This document shows positions 25,056-37,950 of a DNA stretch of 64,000 nt, piece by piece (the first letter of the stretch is position 1; each line of letters begins with the position of its first letter). The position numbers were made by a program, and so were the translations under genes. Source of the stretch: Carcharhinus longimanus (taxonomy: Eukaryota); the NCBI GenBank assembly GCA_030264375.1, contig JASCQW010000072.1, positions 47,866,207-47,930,206 on the forward strand, written 5' to 3'. Under the pieces are notes generated by a model. That model ran no database searches. It was not told where the DNA came from and was given only the letters and a program-made list of their open reading frames with translations.

Positions 25056-27039
25056 TAACCCATGATTCTAGGTTTACAAATGGTAACTGGTAGAGAATGA
25101 ACATTTGCACATGGGCAGCTACCTGATTGCAACCAGTTACCAATGGATTGCCACATGGTTCAGTATTGAGGCCTCTATTGTTTCCAACTTTCAGTATTTC
25201 TGACCAATATGTTTGCTTTGCAGACAATGCCAAATTGAGAATAATGGCAAATGGTTATTGCCAATGCACACACATTCTAAAACATTTTGATCAGTGGGCA
25301 GAGTAATTATAGATGCTGTTTAATACAGAGAAATATAGCATTATGAGATTTCACAAAGGCATGGTGGAAGATGATGTACCAAATGTAAATATATTTAATG
25401 AATTGGAGCAGGGAAGAGATCCTGAGGGTTTTACTGCTCAAGTCACTGGTCATTATGCAATGTTTCTTAGCTGTGAAACTAGTTAAGAATATAGGGGTGC
25501 AAAGCAAGGAACAACATGGTAATACAAAATGGAAGGGAAAGATGTATGTTGGCCATGGAAGGGGCATTCATAAAATGGTTCAACATGCTGATAATCAGCA
25601 CAGAAATCCTACCACCAAATCCCCACTATTTCCTAAAGGGAAAAAAGTTATGTTTGTGAAGACACACAAAAACAAAGCTAAAACCACCTCTATTTCCACC
25701 TTTTAATATCAAATTCCATCCCTCTCTCAGCTCATCTGCTGATAATGTAGACTTGGGCCTGTTCTATGTTTGCAGTTGTGACTGCAAGTGACAGATGTCA
25801 ATGAGAACTTTTAGTGAAGTGCAGCACTCGATGCAGTATTCCTTGCTGAAGTTCAGACTGACATTGCCTCCTGTTTTGAACCCTTCTTCCTCTTCCAGCA
25901 ACTTATCCTGCTCAGGAAGCCCTCAGTTCATTTGACACAGTGTTCTGTTTCCAAGGGAATTGGCTACTCATGAAAACATCTCTGGAAGCAAGTGGCTTTT
26001 GCAAAAACATGAAGTCAGCAAAAGGTTCTACAGCATCTGCCACACAACTCCTAGTCTCTAACTGCCCACTCATCACACATGACCTTTCCTCTTTCACTGA
26101 CCAAAGTAACTTTAAGCAATGAAGCATCAAACACCAGTAAAATTGAAGCAATAGCCAGGAAAAAGCCAAACTGAGCTCCAGATGTCTTCAGTGGTGTCAA
26201 ATCAAAATTTTATCACAAACTGAGTCATCATTTACCTATCCTGCATAGATCTTTTACTGCAAGGCCTTCACCAAAACAGTATCTTATGGGATGCATCCAA
26301 AGGTACATGCAACACAGATGCCATTCTGTAGCTTCAAGGGTACTCACAGCACCCAAAAAAGGCACAAATTATCCCAATTTCTCACCCAGTGAGTATTAAT
26401 GTATAGTTGGTCTGGAAGTCATTGTCACAGAATTGTGCACAGTCCAGGATTCAGCGGCACATCTGACTTCTACTTACCCAGGAGATTAGTCCAGCATTTT
26501 AAAAAGCAGTATTTCAACTGTAGCCATAAGTCAGCTACTTAGGCATAAGTAAAAGGAGGAAAATTAAAACAGTTCAATTATATTTCAGCTTTCATGACCT
26601 CAAGACACCACAGAGCTCTTCACAGACAATGAAGTACTTCTGAGGTGTAGTCATTGTTGTAATAGAGGTAAATACAAAAGCCAATTACTATCTGGTAACA
26701 TCCCTTCTAAAAATTGGCACATCTGACCATGAAGCACTGGATTACATGCTTATATAACTGCAGCTTCTGCCATTCTGACCCAGTTATACTGTGTCTGATG
26801 TCAATTCAAAGTGGTATGAGATAGTCCTGTCGAGGAAGTCCCACAATTCATGACTTTAGCCATACTGCCACTTTTGTGGTGACACCACAAATATATACTA
26901 TCAATGCAAAAGTAAATGTATAACTGTACCCAAGAGAGAACATGTACCTTTATGCAGCTGTGGTTGGCAGGGTATAATGCCATAATCAAGTGAATGCACA
27001 CAATCAGAGAAAAAGTATATCCTGTAAAAACACGGAAAT

Positions 27040-28660
27040 TTTAACAGCGCAGGCAGAGGCCTTTTGCCCATTATGTTTGTGCCAGTGGAGAAAGAATTAT
27101 CCAGCTTAATACAAATGTCCAGCTCTTAGTGCACAGCCCTGCACATTACAGCATTTTGGGTGTATAGTCAAATAGTTTCTAAATGCATTGAGGATTTCAG
27201 CATCTACTACCCTTTCAGACAATGAGTTCCAGACCCCAATCACCATCTGGGCAAAAAAAATACTTTTCAGCATCTGTCTAATCCTGTTACCAATTCTTTT
27301 AGATCTGTGGGCCCCTGGTATTTGACCTGCTTACTAATGGAAATAGGTCCTTTCTATCCACTCTATCTAGATACTTCCATATTGTGCACCTCAGCCACCC
27401 CCTCCAAACAATGGCATGGGTAGCACGAGGCACAGTGGTTAGCACTATTGCCTCACAGCGCCAGGGATCTGGGTTCAATTCCTGGCTCAGATGATTGCCT
27501 GTGCAGAGTTTGCACATTCTGTGTCTACGTGTTTTTCCTCTGGGTGTTCCGATTTCCTCCCACACTCCGAAAGATATGCTAGTGAGGTACATTGGCCATG
27601 CTAAATTCTCCTTCAGTGTACCTGAACAGGCGCCAGAGTGTGGCGACTAGGGGATTTTCACAATAACTTCATTGCAGTGTTAGTGTAAGCCCACTTACAA
27701 CACTAATAAGTAAACATTAAAAATTTAAACCCCTTCTGTTCTTAAGCAATCAACCCCACCCCACACAATTGTCCCTCAAAGTTGAAATTCTGTCTGTTAA
27801 TACTTGTAAATCTCCTCTGTACCCAACCTGATTCTTCACACATGGTGACCACAACTGTGAATGGTCTCTAGCTGTGGTCTAATTGGCACTTTATACAGTT
27901 GTAGCATAATCTAATTTTTATATTTAGGCCTCAGCTAGTAAAGAAATGTATCCCATGTGCCGCCTTTGCCACTTTATCTACCTGTCCTGCTATCTTCAGC
28001 AATCACGTACTCCAAAGTTCCCCTGTACATCCCAGAATGCTATCATTGAGTATTTCCTTGTCATATTTGACCGCCCCTCCCCACTCCCCATATGCATGAC
28101 CTCTGGATGGAATTCCATTTTCCACTTTCCTGTCCACCTGACCAGTCCATTAATAGCACCCCGCAGGCTACAGCTGTCTTCCTCACTCTCACTCTCAAAC
28201 CAATTTTCGTATCATCCTCAAACTTCTTCGTCACGCCCCCTACATTTAAGTCTAAATCGCTGATACATATCTCATGAACAGCAAAGGACCAAATACTGAA
28301 CGTAATGAAACACTACAGGAAACAACCTTTCAGTGACAAAATCAACTGTCAACCATTCCACTTTGCTTCTTGCTACAGAAGTCATTTTGGATCCAACTTA
28401 AACTTGGGTATTGTGAGATCCTACTACTCTTTTGAGCAATTTTGCCACGTGGGACTTTGTCAAAAGCCTTGCCGAAATCCATGCAGACTAATCAAGTGCA
28501 TTTGATTTTTAGCTCCTCAAAATAACCAGTCAGACATGGCCTCTTAACAAATCTGTCCTTAATTAACCTGCCTTTCTAAATGATGATTTATACTGTCCCT
28601 CTGAATTCTTTTTCAATTATTTGCCCACCACTAACTGGTCTGCAATTACTCCATCTATAC
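27040..28660 (-). mobile_element. Degenerate CR1 LINE with a nested SINE
   Basis: Antisense CR1 tail at about 27040; RT motif DFGKAFDKVP at about 28450-28485. Confidence 0.75.
27418..27716 (+). mobile_element. HE1-type SINE, type B tail
   Basis: Head gcacagtggttagcact; tail gtggcgactaggggattttcac...aacttcattgcagtg. Confidence 0.85.
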
Positions 28661-31600
28661 CTTTCTAAGACAACAATGCAAAGCTATGTTGTTATTTTTC
28701 TGGCTCAGTCTAAGGCAAGTAAATGAGAGAACAAGTGCATGATCATCAATAAAACTATTAATTTTACCAATGATTTTGCAAATATATTTCACTTTTTCTT
28801 TTTAAATTTTGATTCTATTCAGATTCTAAGGGACTGTACTGAAGGAAATTATGCCTGCCTACTCCAGCTCCAACAACAGGCTGACCTGAATTTCTGAGAC
28901 AGCATGTCGCAGAGAGATGGCATGACAATCTTATAATTCTGTCTATCATTTAAGGATGCAACAGACTAATGGAATAAAGTATTCCCCAATTCAGTGGTTT
29001 AGAAACTGACATTTAAAGTTAGAAAATAACCTTGAAGGACATCCTGAAGGGAGAGATTATTAAAATGAAAACCTTACAGGAATATTAGGAACTGTAGCCC
29101 GCCATTCAGCCCCTCGAGTCTGCTGTGTCATTCAAATAGATACTGACAGATCTCTACCTCAACTCTATTTGTCCGCCCTTGCCCCACAAACTGATTACTC
29201 TTGATCTTTAAAGTTCCAAATGCCCCACCACCTGCAGCCTTTTGGAAGTGGGTGTGGGAAGAGAGTTATGAATTTGTGTTTGGAGAAGCAAAGATTTCTG
29301 ATATTTAAAAACTAAACAAGGAACTGTACACTGAAGCAAGAATTAACTTACATTCATAAACCTGAATTGGGGGAGGGGGGCAGCTGTTAGCTTGGTTAGC
29401 CAGACTCGTGTGTGGTTCAGAATAGCACTAACAAGGCAGGGTTCCATTCCATTCCAGATGAAGTAGCCTTGTGGTCTGGCTCCTTGCCCTGCACTGTAGT
29501 AAAATCACAGCAAAAGCTGTATTTTGTCTACCCTCAAATTTAAGGTAGCTACGTGAAGAAGAAGAAACTTGAACGTGTACAATTCAGAAGAATCATAGAC
29601 TGGTTACAGCACAGTGCAAGGCCATTCTGCTCATGGTGTCTGCGCCAGCTTACTGTGTTGCACCTAGGGTCATTCTCCCACCTTTTCCCCAGAATCTTGG
29701 GAAGTTTACTTATTCAGATAATGACCGAATTCCTTTTTGAAAGCGCAGATTGAATCTGCCCGTACCACACACTCAAGCAGTGCATTCCAGATCTTAACCA
29801 CTCACTACGTAAACATTTTTCATTCATGCTGCCATCACTTCTTTTGCCAGTCACCTTAAAAAAATGTAAACGAATCCTAAAGAGAGGCTTCAAGGAAACA
29901 TGGCCACTGTCACAGGTTTTTCTATTTTTGCCGGTTGAAAACTTAAAGATGGCTATCTGGGATGCAACTAAAATTAATGTGATTTAATAGTTATGGCTCT
30001 GAGCAGTCCCTCTACACAGGAAATCCAAGGACGGTTTCGTTAAATAACAGGATTCTCATTTTGTTAAAGGATAGAGAGCAATGGCACTTTTCTCATGTGA
30101 ATAATTGATGCCAAGGAGAGACTGGAATTGCTGAGGTACAGTAACTTCAGTAACAGAACAGCTGATGCTAAAAAGTGCATTTGGCTTATCCTTCAACAAA
30201 TTTGATTATTACACTTTATAAAGTTGTTTCTTTTATGTAGCAAAAAATCTCTTATTTAATTGGTTTGTTTCAAATGGGCCTAACGGACAGCTGCTGGCTA
30301 ATTTGAAGTAAACTAGCGTGAAAATGGCCATTTGTTTCAAGTTTTCAAACTTTCTGCAATTGATGCAAGTAATTGATTAATTCATACCTTTCAGCATCAC
30401 CCCCAACCGAAAAATAATTGCAAACTGAAACAAATAGAGGGTTTCAATCAGCGTTCCCCAAGATTCCCCAGAAATGCATCTGATACAGACCTTAGTAAAA
30501 CAAATAGCATTAACAAGCAGTTGCAGGAAAAATAGCAACCAGCGTGAAAGCCATACCTGATGAACACTTCCAACCTTTGATGACGGCAATCAAGTGGAAA
30601 CGCAGATTATAGGCAACACTGCGTGGGCCGAGTTAAACAGAAAAACAATTTACGACTGCCAGGCCTGCAGATGGTGCTGTACGATAGGTTATATTTCTTT
30701 GCATACATTGTACTATCTTGTCGTGCGACGCTCTGAAAGGACAGCACCATCTACAGGGGTGAAGCAAGAAAGCAGGAATAAATATCAAATATTGCAACTT
30801 CTAATTCAATGTTTTTTAAAGGGGCAACGTCACTCAATCACGAGTATGGGCAAAGAGCCAAAAACTTATTCCACTAAAACTTTTCGTTTTACAAAAACAG
30901 GTTGAATTAACAACTTTGATTTCTATACCAGGTCATATTTTCCAGGCCACTTTTCAAGTGGAAACATTTAAGTGCCTGAACATTATATTCAGCAGCTTTC
31001 TGATTCTTTATGAAGGTACATTGTTACAATACAGTTCAAGGTTGTACCAAATTTCTTGTCTAATTCGCATCTCAGTTGGTACTGCCATTTTTGTAGTCGT
31101 CAACGGTGTATTCAGGGAAGCCTCAAAGTACTGCTACTGTTCACTAAATAATAGACAACAATGTGTTAGAAAGTCAAATTAGGGGCACATTTTCATGCAA
31201 GGCACTGTAGTGCGAGAGAATGCATGACAGACCACAAAGATCACGATAAATTGACACCACTGAAGTTATCATTCTGGGCTGATTCTTTGTTGGTTAACAG
31301 AAATATTTAAATGTTGTCAATGCAATTTATTGTTGTTAAGTGCAACATTACCCGGATGAGTAAAGTCTCCTGCAAAATAATTATTTAAAACTTCTGCCAT
31401 ATCTCAGGATTCAACAAAAACCTGGCATGGTGGTTTTCCTCTTGCGTAGTCAACTGCAACACCTCAGTTACTGGTCTGGTTGAACTTGGTAAATGTAAGC
31501 CATAATTTACGCAATGATGCTGCATTTTGAGTGTCAGTGCACTGTCTAACATTGATAAGGCAAGCTCAAAATCCACCAAACCGAGCCATGCTGTCAGCAT

Positions 31601-32015
31601 AGGCAGAGATATAGGTGTCTCTCAATAGGGAATTAGTGAGTGAACATTGCAGAAAATCTGTACGACTTAGACCATAAGACATAGGAGCAGAATTAGGCCA
31701 CTCAGCCCATTCAGTCTGCTCTGCCATTCAATCATGGCTGATTTTTTTTCTCATCCCCATTCTCCTGCTCTTTCCTCTGAACTTTTCATATTGGTTGTAT
31801 TGATGTGTGAGCCCATTTAAACCATATAGAGCATCTGAGCCCTTGCCTAATGTTCACAGTCCACAACTAGGGTTGCTGGATATTCCTGAGCAGTGAAACC
31901 CTGGCCAGTTATTTCCTCTTTGAGCGCTGACCTGGTGAACTGGGATCAAACTGTAGATCTTCCAGATCTGCAAGGCTGGATAAACCCACTGAGTCACTAG
32001 GGAGGCTGGCTAAAT

Positions 32016-32316
32016 GGGGGCAGTGCAGTGGTCAGCACTGCTGCCTCACCACGTCAGAGACCTCGGTTCAATTCCCAGCTTGGGTCAGGTAGGTAGGTAG
32101 CAGGTAGTCTGGACATTCTTCCTGTGTCTGTGCGAGTTTCCTCTGGGTGCTCCGGGTTCCTCCCACAGTCTGAAAAACGTGCTGGCTAGGTGCATTGGCT
32201 GTGCTAAATTCTCCCTCTGTACCTGAACAGGCACCGGAGTGTGGCGACTAGGGGATTTTCACAGTAACTTCATTGTGGTGTTGATGTAAGCCTACTTGTG
32301 ACACCAATAAATAAAT
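32016..32316 (+). mobile_element. HE1-type SINE, type B tail
   Basis: Same structure as 27418-27716. Confidence 0.85.
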
Positions 32317-32983
32317 TTTAATTGGTGTTCTCCTGGATCATGATCAGGGTGTAACCCTTCCCAATATTAATGTCATTATTTAATATATTGGAGTTCTCAG
32401 CCATTTCAGAATGCATTGAACCACAGTGGAAGCAAGTCACCCTTGATTCCAGGGGATTGCCTAAGAAGAACATTGCTATTTCTAATCCATATCTGTGTAT
32501 CATACATCTCTGTATTACAATCTGTACCTGACCTTGATATTTCCTGACTTGTCTCCTGATTGCCTTCATGGATCTACACTTCTTAGTTCAGGGTTATTAA
32601 AACATTACATTCCGTTTGTGTTTCATTGTTGGTTATCTATGTCTGCGAGCGATATATTTCTAGTTCACCTCAGAACATTGTTTTGTATTCTATTTCAAAT
32701 GGAGGGCAGGAGCCCAGGGTGAAAAGAGTAGGGGAGAAGACAAGTTACCTCATGGTGCAGTGATTCCAAGCCTGGGTTTCAAACCTAGTAGCTTGTGGCA
32801 GGGAGGGCAGACTAAGAGTGATAAAAAGTTCAATTGTTCTGAAGCCTTGGGAAAGAGTGGGTTAGAGTTGAGATATCATGTAATGAATCATGCCTTCAGC
32901 ACAATGAAGAAGACAATATATTTGTAAGTTAGGAACAGCAAGAGAAGAGAACAGCATTGATAAATTAGAAAGAGGCAAGAGAC

Positions 32984-33140
32984 CTATCATTGTAGTTTAG
33001 CCTTTATTAACTGTCCAAGAATTAAATCCTCTTTCTGGACACAAGTATCCAGATTTCTCCGTCTATCATTGTAGTTCATCCTTTATTGACTTTCCAATAA
33101 TTAATTCCTCTGTCTGGGTACAGAGACTCCTGATCCTCTC
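32984..33140 (+). repeat. Two-copy diverged tandem duplication, 79-nt period
   Basis: ctatcattgtagtt...cctttatt.act.tccaa.aattaa.tcctct at 32984 and 33063. Confidence 0.75.
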
Positions 33141-33712
33141 AGTATTCTATCTGGAGATTATTGTCACAAATGTGTATGTGCAATTGTCCTCCCAGTCTTT
33201 GTATCAATGTATTTAATTGAAGAGTAATCACTGCTCCTGCACTAAATCATGAGTCCTGTGTTGGATTCTTATTCTTGACATATGTGCATTAAATCCCAAG
33301 AGTACAATGATAGATGTACGCCTTTTGCAGGAATGGCTAATTGTTACAAATACAAGCTCCTTTTCTCCCTTATCTTTTAACTTGTGTGCTGTCGGTTTAT
33401 GATAACTCCTAACATATTCCTGGAATATATGACAGCATAAAAATTTCTAGAAACGGAATTATGTGCTCCATGAAGGGCAGTCTTTCCCCTTTTCATAGAC
33501 CAACTGTATCTAACCTCTTTCGCTCTTAAAACACGTCCAAATCTCTCTCCAATCTTTTTCCTTTTCAATCGTTTCTCGAACCCCCAAACCTCTGCAATTT
33601 TGACCTAGCCTCCTGTGTCGCTGCCTCTGACTGTGTGCATTACCACCCACCCTTGCTCTATTTCTGATTCACCTGCTGGGGGGGTCTTATTAATCTCTGA
33701 TCTGCGGTGTAC

Positions 33713-33948
33713 CTTGTGTGACCACTTTGCCGAAGACGGGCAGCGTGTCGACGGTGGAGCAGTTCCAGCGGCGGTTCCGGAACTGATGCTGGCACTCCTC
33801 GATGGCCAGCTCGGCTCCCCTCCGGACCGAGTCCATCACCTCCACATTCCGCTTGCAAATCTGGATTTGCCGGTTGATCAGACCCTTCAGCCTCTCGCAC
33901 GTCTCCTCGTCCTGAATGCTGGCGATGGATGACAGTTTGGCCAAATAG
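33713..33948 (-). CDS. WNT4: Wnt-4 coding exon 2, 236 nt
   Basis: Branch point CTAAC and acceptor tttccacacAG|C. Translates in phase with exon 1 to (L)[78 protein letters not shown](G), closely matching human WNT4. Donor AAG|GTACAC. Confidence 0.97.
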
Positions 33949-36900
33949 CTGTGTGGAAACACACAGGGTTAGCATGAGGGAGGAACGGGGTGGGGGAACC
34001 CTTCAGTGTAAAACAAGTGTTAAAATAACCAACCACCCTGTAACAAAGCGGCTCAGCCACATCTCAAAACAAGGGAGGATTAGGGGATTTTCACAACAAC
34101 GTCATTGCAGTGTTATTGTAAGCCTACTTGTGCCTAATAAATAAACTATAATGGGATCGATCGCAGTACACAAACGGAAGATTTACTGCAATATACAACC
34201 CAAAATATCAGAGCTTCAGAAGCCGAAAGACATCCCCCTGGGTCAGTGCCAAACAACATCTTAACTATCTGTTTTGTCTGGAGACTTCCCTAATGTTTAA
34301 TGTTTTATGCTCAAATGTTTGTAATCTCTGGAAGTCAACACACGACGGTGGTTCTCTAACAAGAAAAAGGAGAAAAAAGGCACGCGGAACGAAAGCTTGT
34401 TTGTAAACTCCAACCCACCCAATTCGATCCTCAAAAAACTGGACTTAAAAAGCCTGAGTGAAAGTTAGATAAACTCATGACAACTTTTACGCGAGGACAG
34501 GCGAGTCGTCAAACAGGTCAAATCAATTGTTAGACAGACAGCTACACTGCAAATTAAGTTTGTAATATTTTATTAATTAATTGTAATATTTTATGCGTCC
34601 TGTTTTTTTTGACAAAAGCAGCATTTTATCTTTGCAATAAGCGGTTTTAAAAAATCGCCTTCGGTGCATTTGAAACGGGTGTACACATTTGTGCGTACGT
34701 TTGGGAGAAAGGTGTAGGAACTTGATAGGGTGTCTTAATTTGGGGTGGTGGAATTATTACTGAGGATGATTAGAAAATGGACTGTGAGAATTGTGTAACA
34801 TTTTATTATGTGTCGTATATATTTCGCACAGTTGTAAAACATGGATTGTTGCTTGTCTGAGGACGGTTTATTTTTTTGCATTATTGTTTATCAACGAAGC
34901 AATCCCAAAATTCGACTTGCTCCCGATTTGGGAAACAAATTCTCAAATTAATTTTCAGAAGTTATTGTTCAGCAGCCGGTTTAACAAAAAAGAAAATGAC
35001 GGGGGTGGGGGTGAAATTATTTATTCCAAACGAGTTGTAAAATCGTCTGACCCTCGCTGTGCATTTTATCGGTTCTGGGGAATTACTGACTAAATTTTAC
35101 ATTGGAATAGGGACCCTGTGCTTTGCCATGGATACCCAGGACGGTTAACTGAGCTATCTCTCCATGTACGAGCGCGAAGCCTGCTAGATCAGTCAACATG
35201 CACAGTGTTGGTCTTGGTAACAATGCAGATTCCTGTTAAACTCTTGATATGATGTGGATCTCTTGCTATCACTCCAAACCCTACATCTGATTGGAAATGA
35301 AAAAAAACACTTCCTTATCAGATGAGTCCAAAGCTGCAGCAAAAAGGAAAATACTTTTTTTTGTAAATCAAAGGGGTGTCTGATTTTTTTTCCTGCGGTG
35401 TGGTGCACCTTTATTTAACCTTATTACCTCCAGCCCCCGCCCCCCCATCCTTCCCGGCCATCACACCCCTAGAATAATTTCTTGATCAGTCTGTAGGCTA
35501 CTGCCCTGCCCATTCTCGCTGTTGGTTAGGGTCGCCCACAAGCGAGTATAATCAGGCTGGCGAGGTATCTGTTGTTTGTTTGGGCGGTTCGTAGCACTAT
35601 GACAGTGTACCAGACTGTTGTTGTGCAAAGCTGACCTTCAGATCTCCCCCCCCAGCCCGCCAGCCCCCTCCCACACACACACACACACACACACACCCCT
35701 CCCCACCTCCTCCGATTTGCCCAGTATTGCTTGGAAAACAAATACTTTCTTTTTATCAGACATGGGAAATTCACAGGTCCATCTCTCTCACACTCCCCTA
35801 TCTCGGTGGCTGGTGGATTTAGGACGAAACTTGTCTCCTTCCCAAACAACAAGGGGAGCGGGACAATTGTATATAAACCACATGCAATGCTAATTGTGCA
35901 GAACCTGCATCTCATTCCTGTTGAATTACTTGGTGCCTTTATATATGTAAAAAAAATGCCAGTAATTTAAATGCGCGGTTATTCTTGGTGTAAGCAATTT
36001 AAAAAAAGAGAGCAATTTTAAATCCACCCTTGAGTTCGGTTATGAACTTTTTTTCTTGTTGTAAATTTTGGTCTATATTGGAGAATTACTGGTGTTCCAA
36101 GACTACAGTAAGAAGTCTCACAACACCAGGTTTAAGTCCAGCCAGTTCCAGACTAATACAAGGAGACAGGCTGTATTCCGGGTACCATTCACCTATTCTG
36201 CCCCCCGATTATATCGACATTTTCTACACCGATGACATATTTTGACTCTTATTCTACATTTACAATAAAATAAAACCCTGGGAGTAAACCAGCCCACAAT
36301 TTAAGTCACACGCCTGTCAAATGCCGGCACCTTCGCTTCAACAGTATGAATGAAAAATGAGGATTAATTGAAAGCACATATCTGTGGAAGTCTAGGACAG
36401 GTCTGTGCAAGTCTATTTTTTTTCTCCCTTCTCCCTCTCTCTGGCATCACCCCACCTAACTAATCAAAAATTAATAAATTGAAATAGATACAACTGACAC
36501 CCCCCTACCACCCCCAGATATGTGGACATTTGGGAAAAAAAGCAGTTTATTAGTGTCATAAATAGGCTTACATTTAGCACCGCAATGAAGTTACTGTGAA
36601 AAGCTCCGACATTCCAATGAACAGTATCAATGAATTATACAATGAGGGCCAATTTAAATTGCCAAAGATGTTTTAATGTTTCGAAAGAGTGGCATTCTGG
36701 ACATCTTTCAGAGTCTGAATGACAACAGGATGGGGAGTTGGGGAGGGTGTTAGAAAAATTGAACTAGATAGATCTGAATGTCTTTTTTTAAAATAATAAT
36801 ATGATTTGAGAAAGTCTCTCGAATTCTCCGCCCCCACAAAAAAGCCCCTTCATTCTGCCCTTTGCACCAGCTCTCACCGCTCAGTCGAGAGAATCCGACC

Positions 36901-36977
36901 TCCCCCCTCCACCACCACCACAACCTTCTGCATTAATAACATCACAAATGCAATAAGTCACATTTAGCAACACTTAC
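33949..36977 (-). other. WNT4: WNT4 intron 1 (3029 nt, GT-AG)
   Basis: Bounded by the GTAAGT donor and CACACAG acceptor; reading-frame phases match. Confidence 0.93.
35672..35697 (+). repeat. (CA)n microsatellite in WNT4 intron 1
   Basis: Direct CA run. Confidence 0.9.
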
Positions 36978-37054
36978 AGCCAGTTACTAGCACTTGTCGT
37001 AAACAGAGCCAAAAGCAGTACGAGGAGCGAACGCAGAAAGCAGACCGGAGACAT
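36978..37054 (-). CDS. WNT4: Wnt-4 coding exon 1 (signal peptide), 77 nt
   Basis: Reverse strand reads ATG TCT CCG GTC TGC TTT CTG CGT TCG...AGT AAC TGG CT|GTAAGT = MSPVCFLRSLLVLLLALFTTSASNW(L). This matches the vertebrate Wnt4 N-terminus (MSP..LRSL....ASNWL). Consensus GTAAGT donor, phase 2. Confidence 0.96.
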
Positions 37055-37419
37055 CACGAAGCCAATTCAGCAACCTAAAATCCAGGCAAAAAAAAATATT
37101 TGATCCCTCAAACTGCGGCTGATAAGTGTTTCAGAGTTTTTCCCTCATTTAAAAAAGAGTCACATAAAGTGCAACAAGTCTCTTTTTGTTTAGTTTTCCA
37201 GGTTGTTACAAGTTTAAGAAAAAAAAGTCTTCGCCCAAAAGAAATATCCACTCAATTCCTTTTTCCAAAAACAAGTTACAATCAAGGATTTCGCCAACAT
37301 GTATAGATATAGACGGATCGTCCTTTAAGTGCTGTGTGGTTGTAAGTGACTTCTGGTAGAAATTGCACCAGCAACAAGCCTCCTACGGTCCTTGGGATGT
37401 GATGTGAGGCTCTTTTTTT

Positions 37420-37950
37420 GGTGGAAGCTCGGTTGGAGCTCCAAAGCACACAGGTCCGGGGTTTGAGAGCGGTTGGCTGGGTTGCAAAAAGGAGGGTGAG
37501 TCCCCGGGTGCGGCGCCGAATGGGAAGCTTTGGTGGTTGTAATCCGCGGGGGGATGTGGCGCCGAGGCTGGGTGAGCAGCAGAATGCGAGCAGAGAGCCC
37601 CGCTCCGATCCCCGATCGGGCACACACATACACATACATACACATAACAGCACCCACCCCCCTCCCCCTCCCTCCCCGGGGGTGGTGAGGGAAGGAGCGG
37701 GAGGAGGAGGGGGGGGAGGTTGGTTGGCTGGCCAGCTCAGGGTTGGACCAGCCGGCCTGTCAATCAGCTCCGCAGGCTGCTTCTATTCGCCTCTGTGTGT
37801 AGAGTGTGTGTGTGTGTGTGTGGTGCAGAGGCGCTGATGAGTCAGATACACTGACAGGAGCACCAATCTGACAGCAAATCCATAGACAGGAAAGAACTCA
37901 AACAGCCGGCAGAGGGAGAGAAGTGAATTAGAATGACAGTCGCTAGATCT
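37420..37950 (-). promoter_or_regulatory. GC/CpG-rich WNT4 promoter and 5' region
   Basis: CpG-dense island immediately upstream of the WNT4 ATG. Contains G/C tracts, TGATTGACAG (37757-37766), TGAGTCA (37838-37844) and CCAAT. TSS cannot be determined from sequence. Confidence 0.7.

Larger units (their letters stand above)
1..33712 (-). other. WNT4: WNT4 intron 2 (partial; exon 3 presumably beyond window start)
   Basis: Begins GT after exon 2. By-eye scan found no TREAAFVYAI/TRACSSG/CGCD-coding exon in 1-33712. Confidence 0.75.

Noticed and set aside
33615-33975. Overlapping ORFs 33615-33932 (+) and 33658-33975 (-)
   Set aside because: Antisense and alternate-frame shadows of GC-rich WNT4 exon 2.
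37282-37837. Several 86-139 aa ORFs over the promoter
   Set aside because: Low-complexity products of GC-rich and microsatellite sequence; no recognisable protein.
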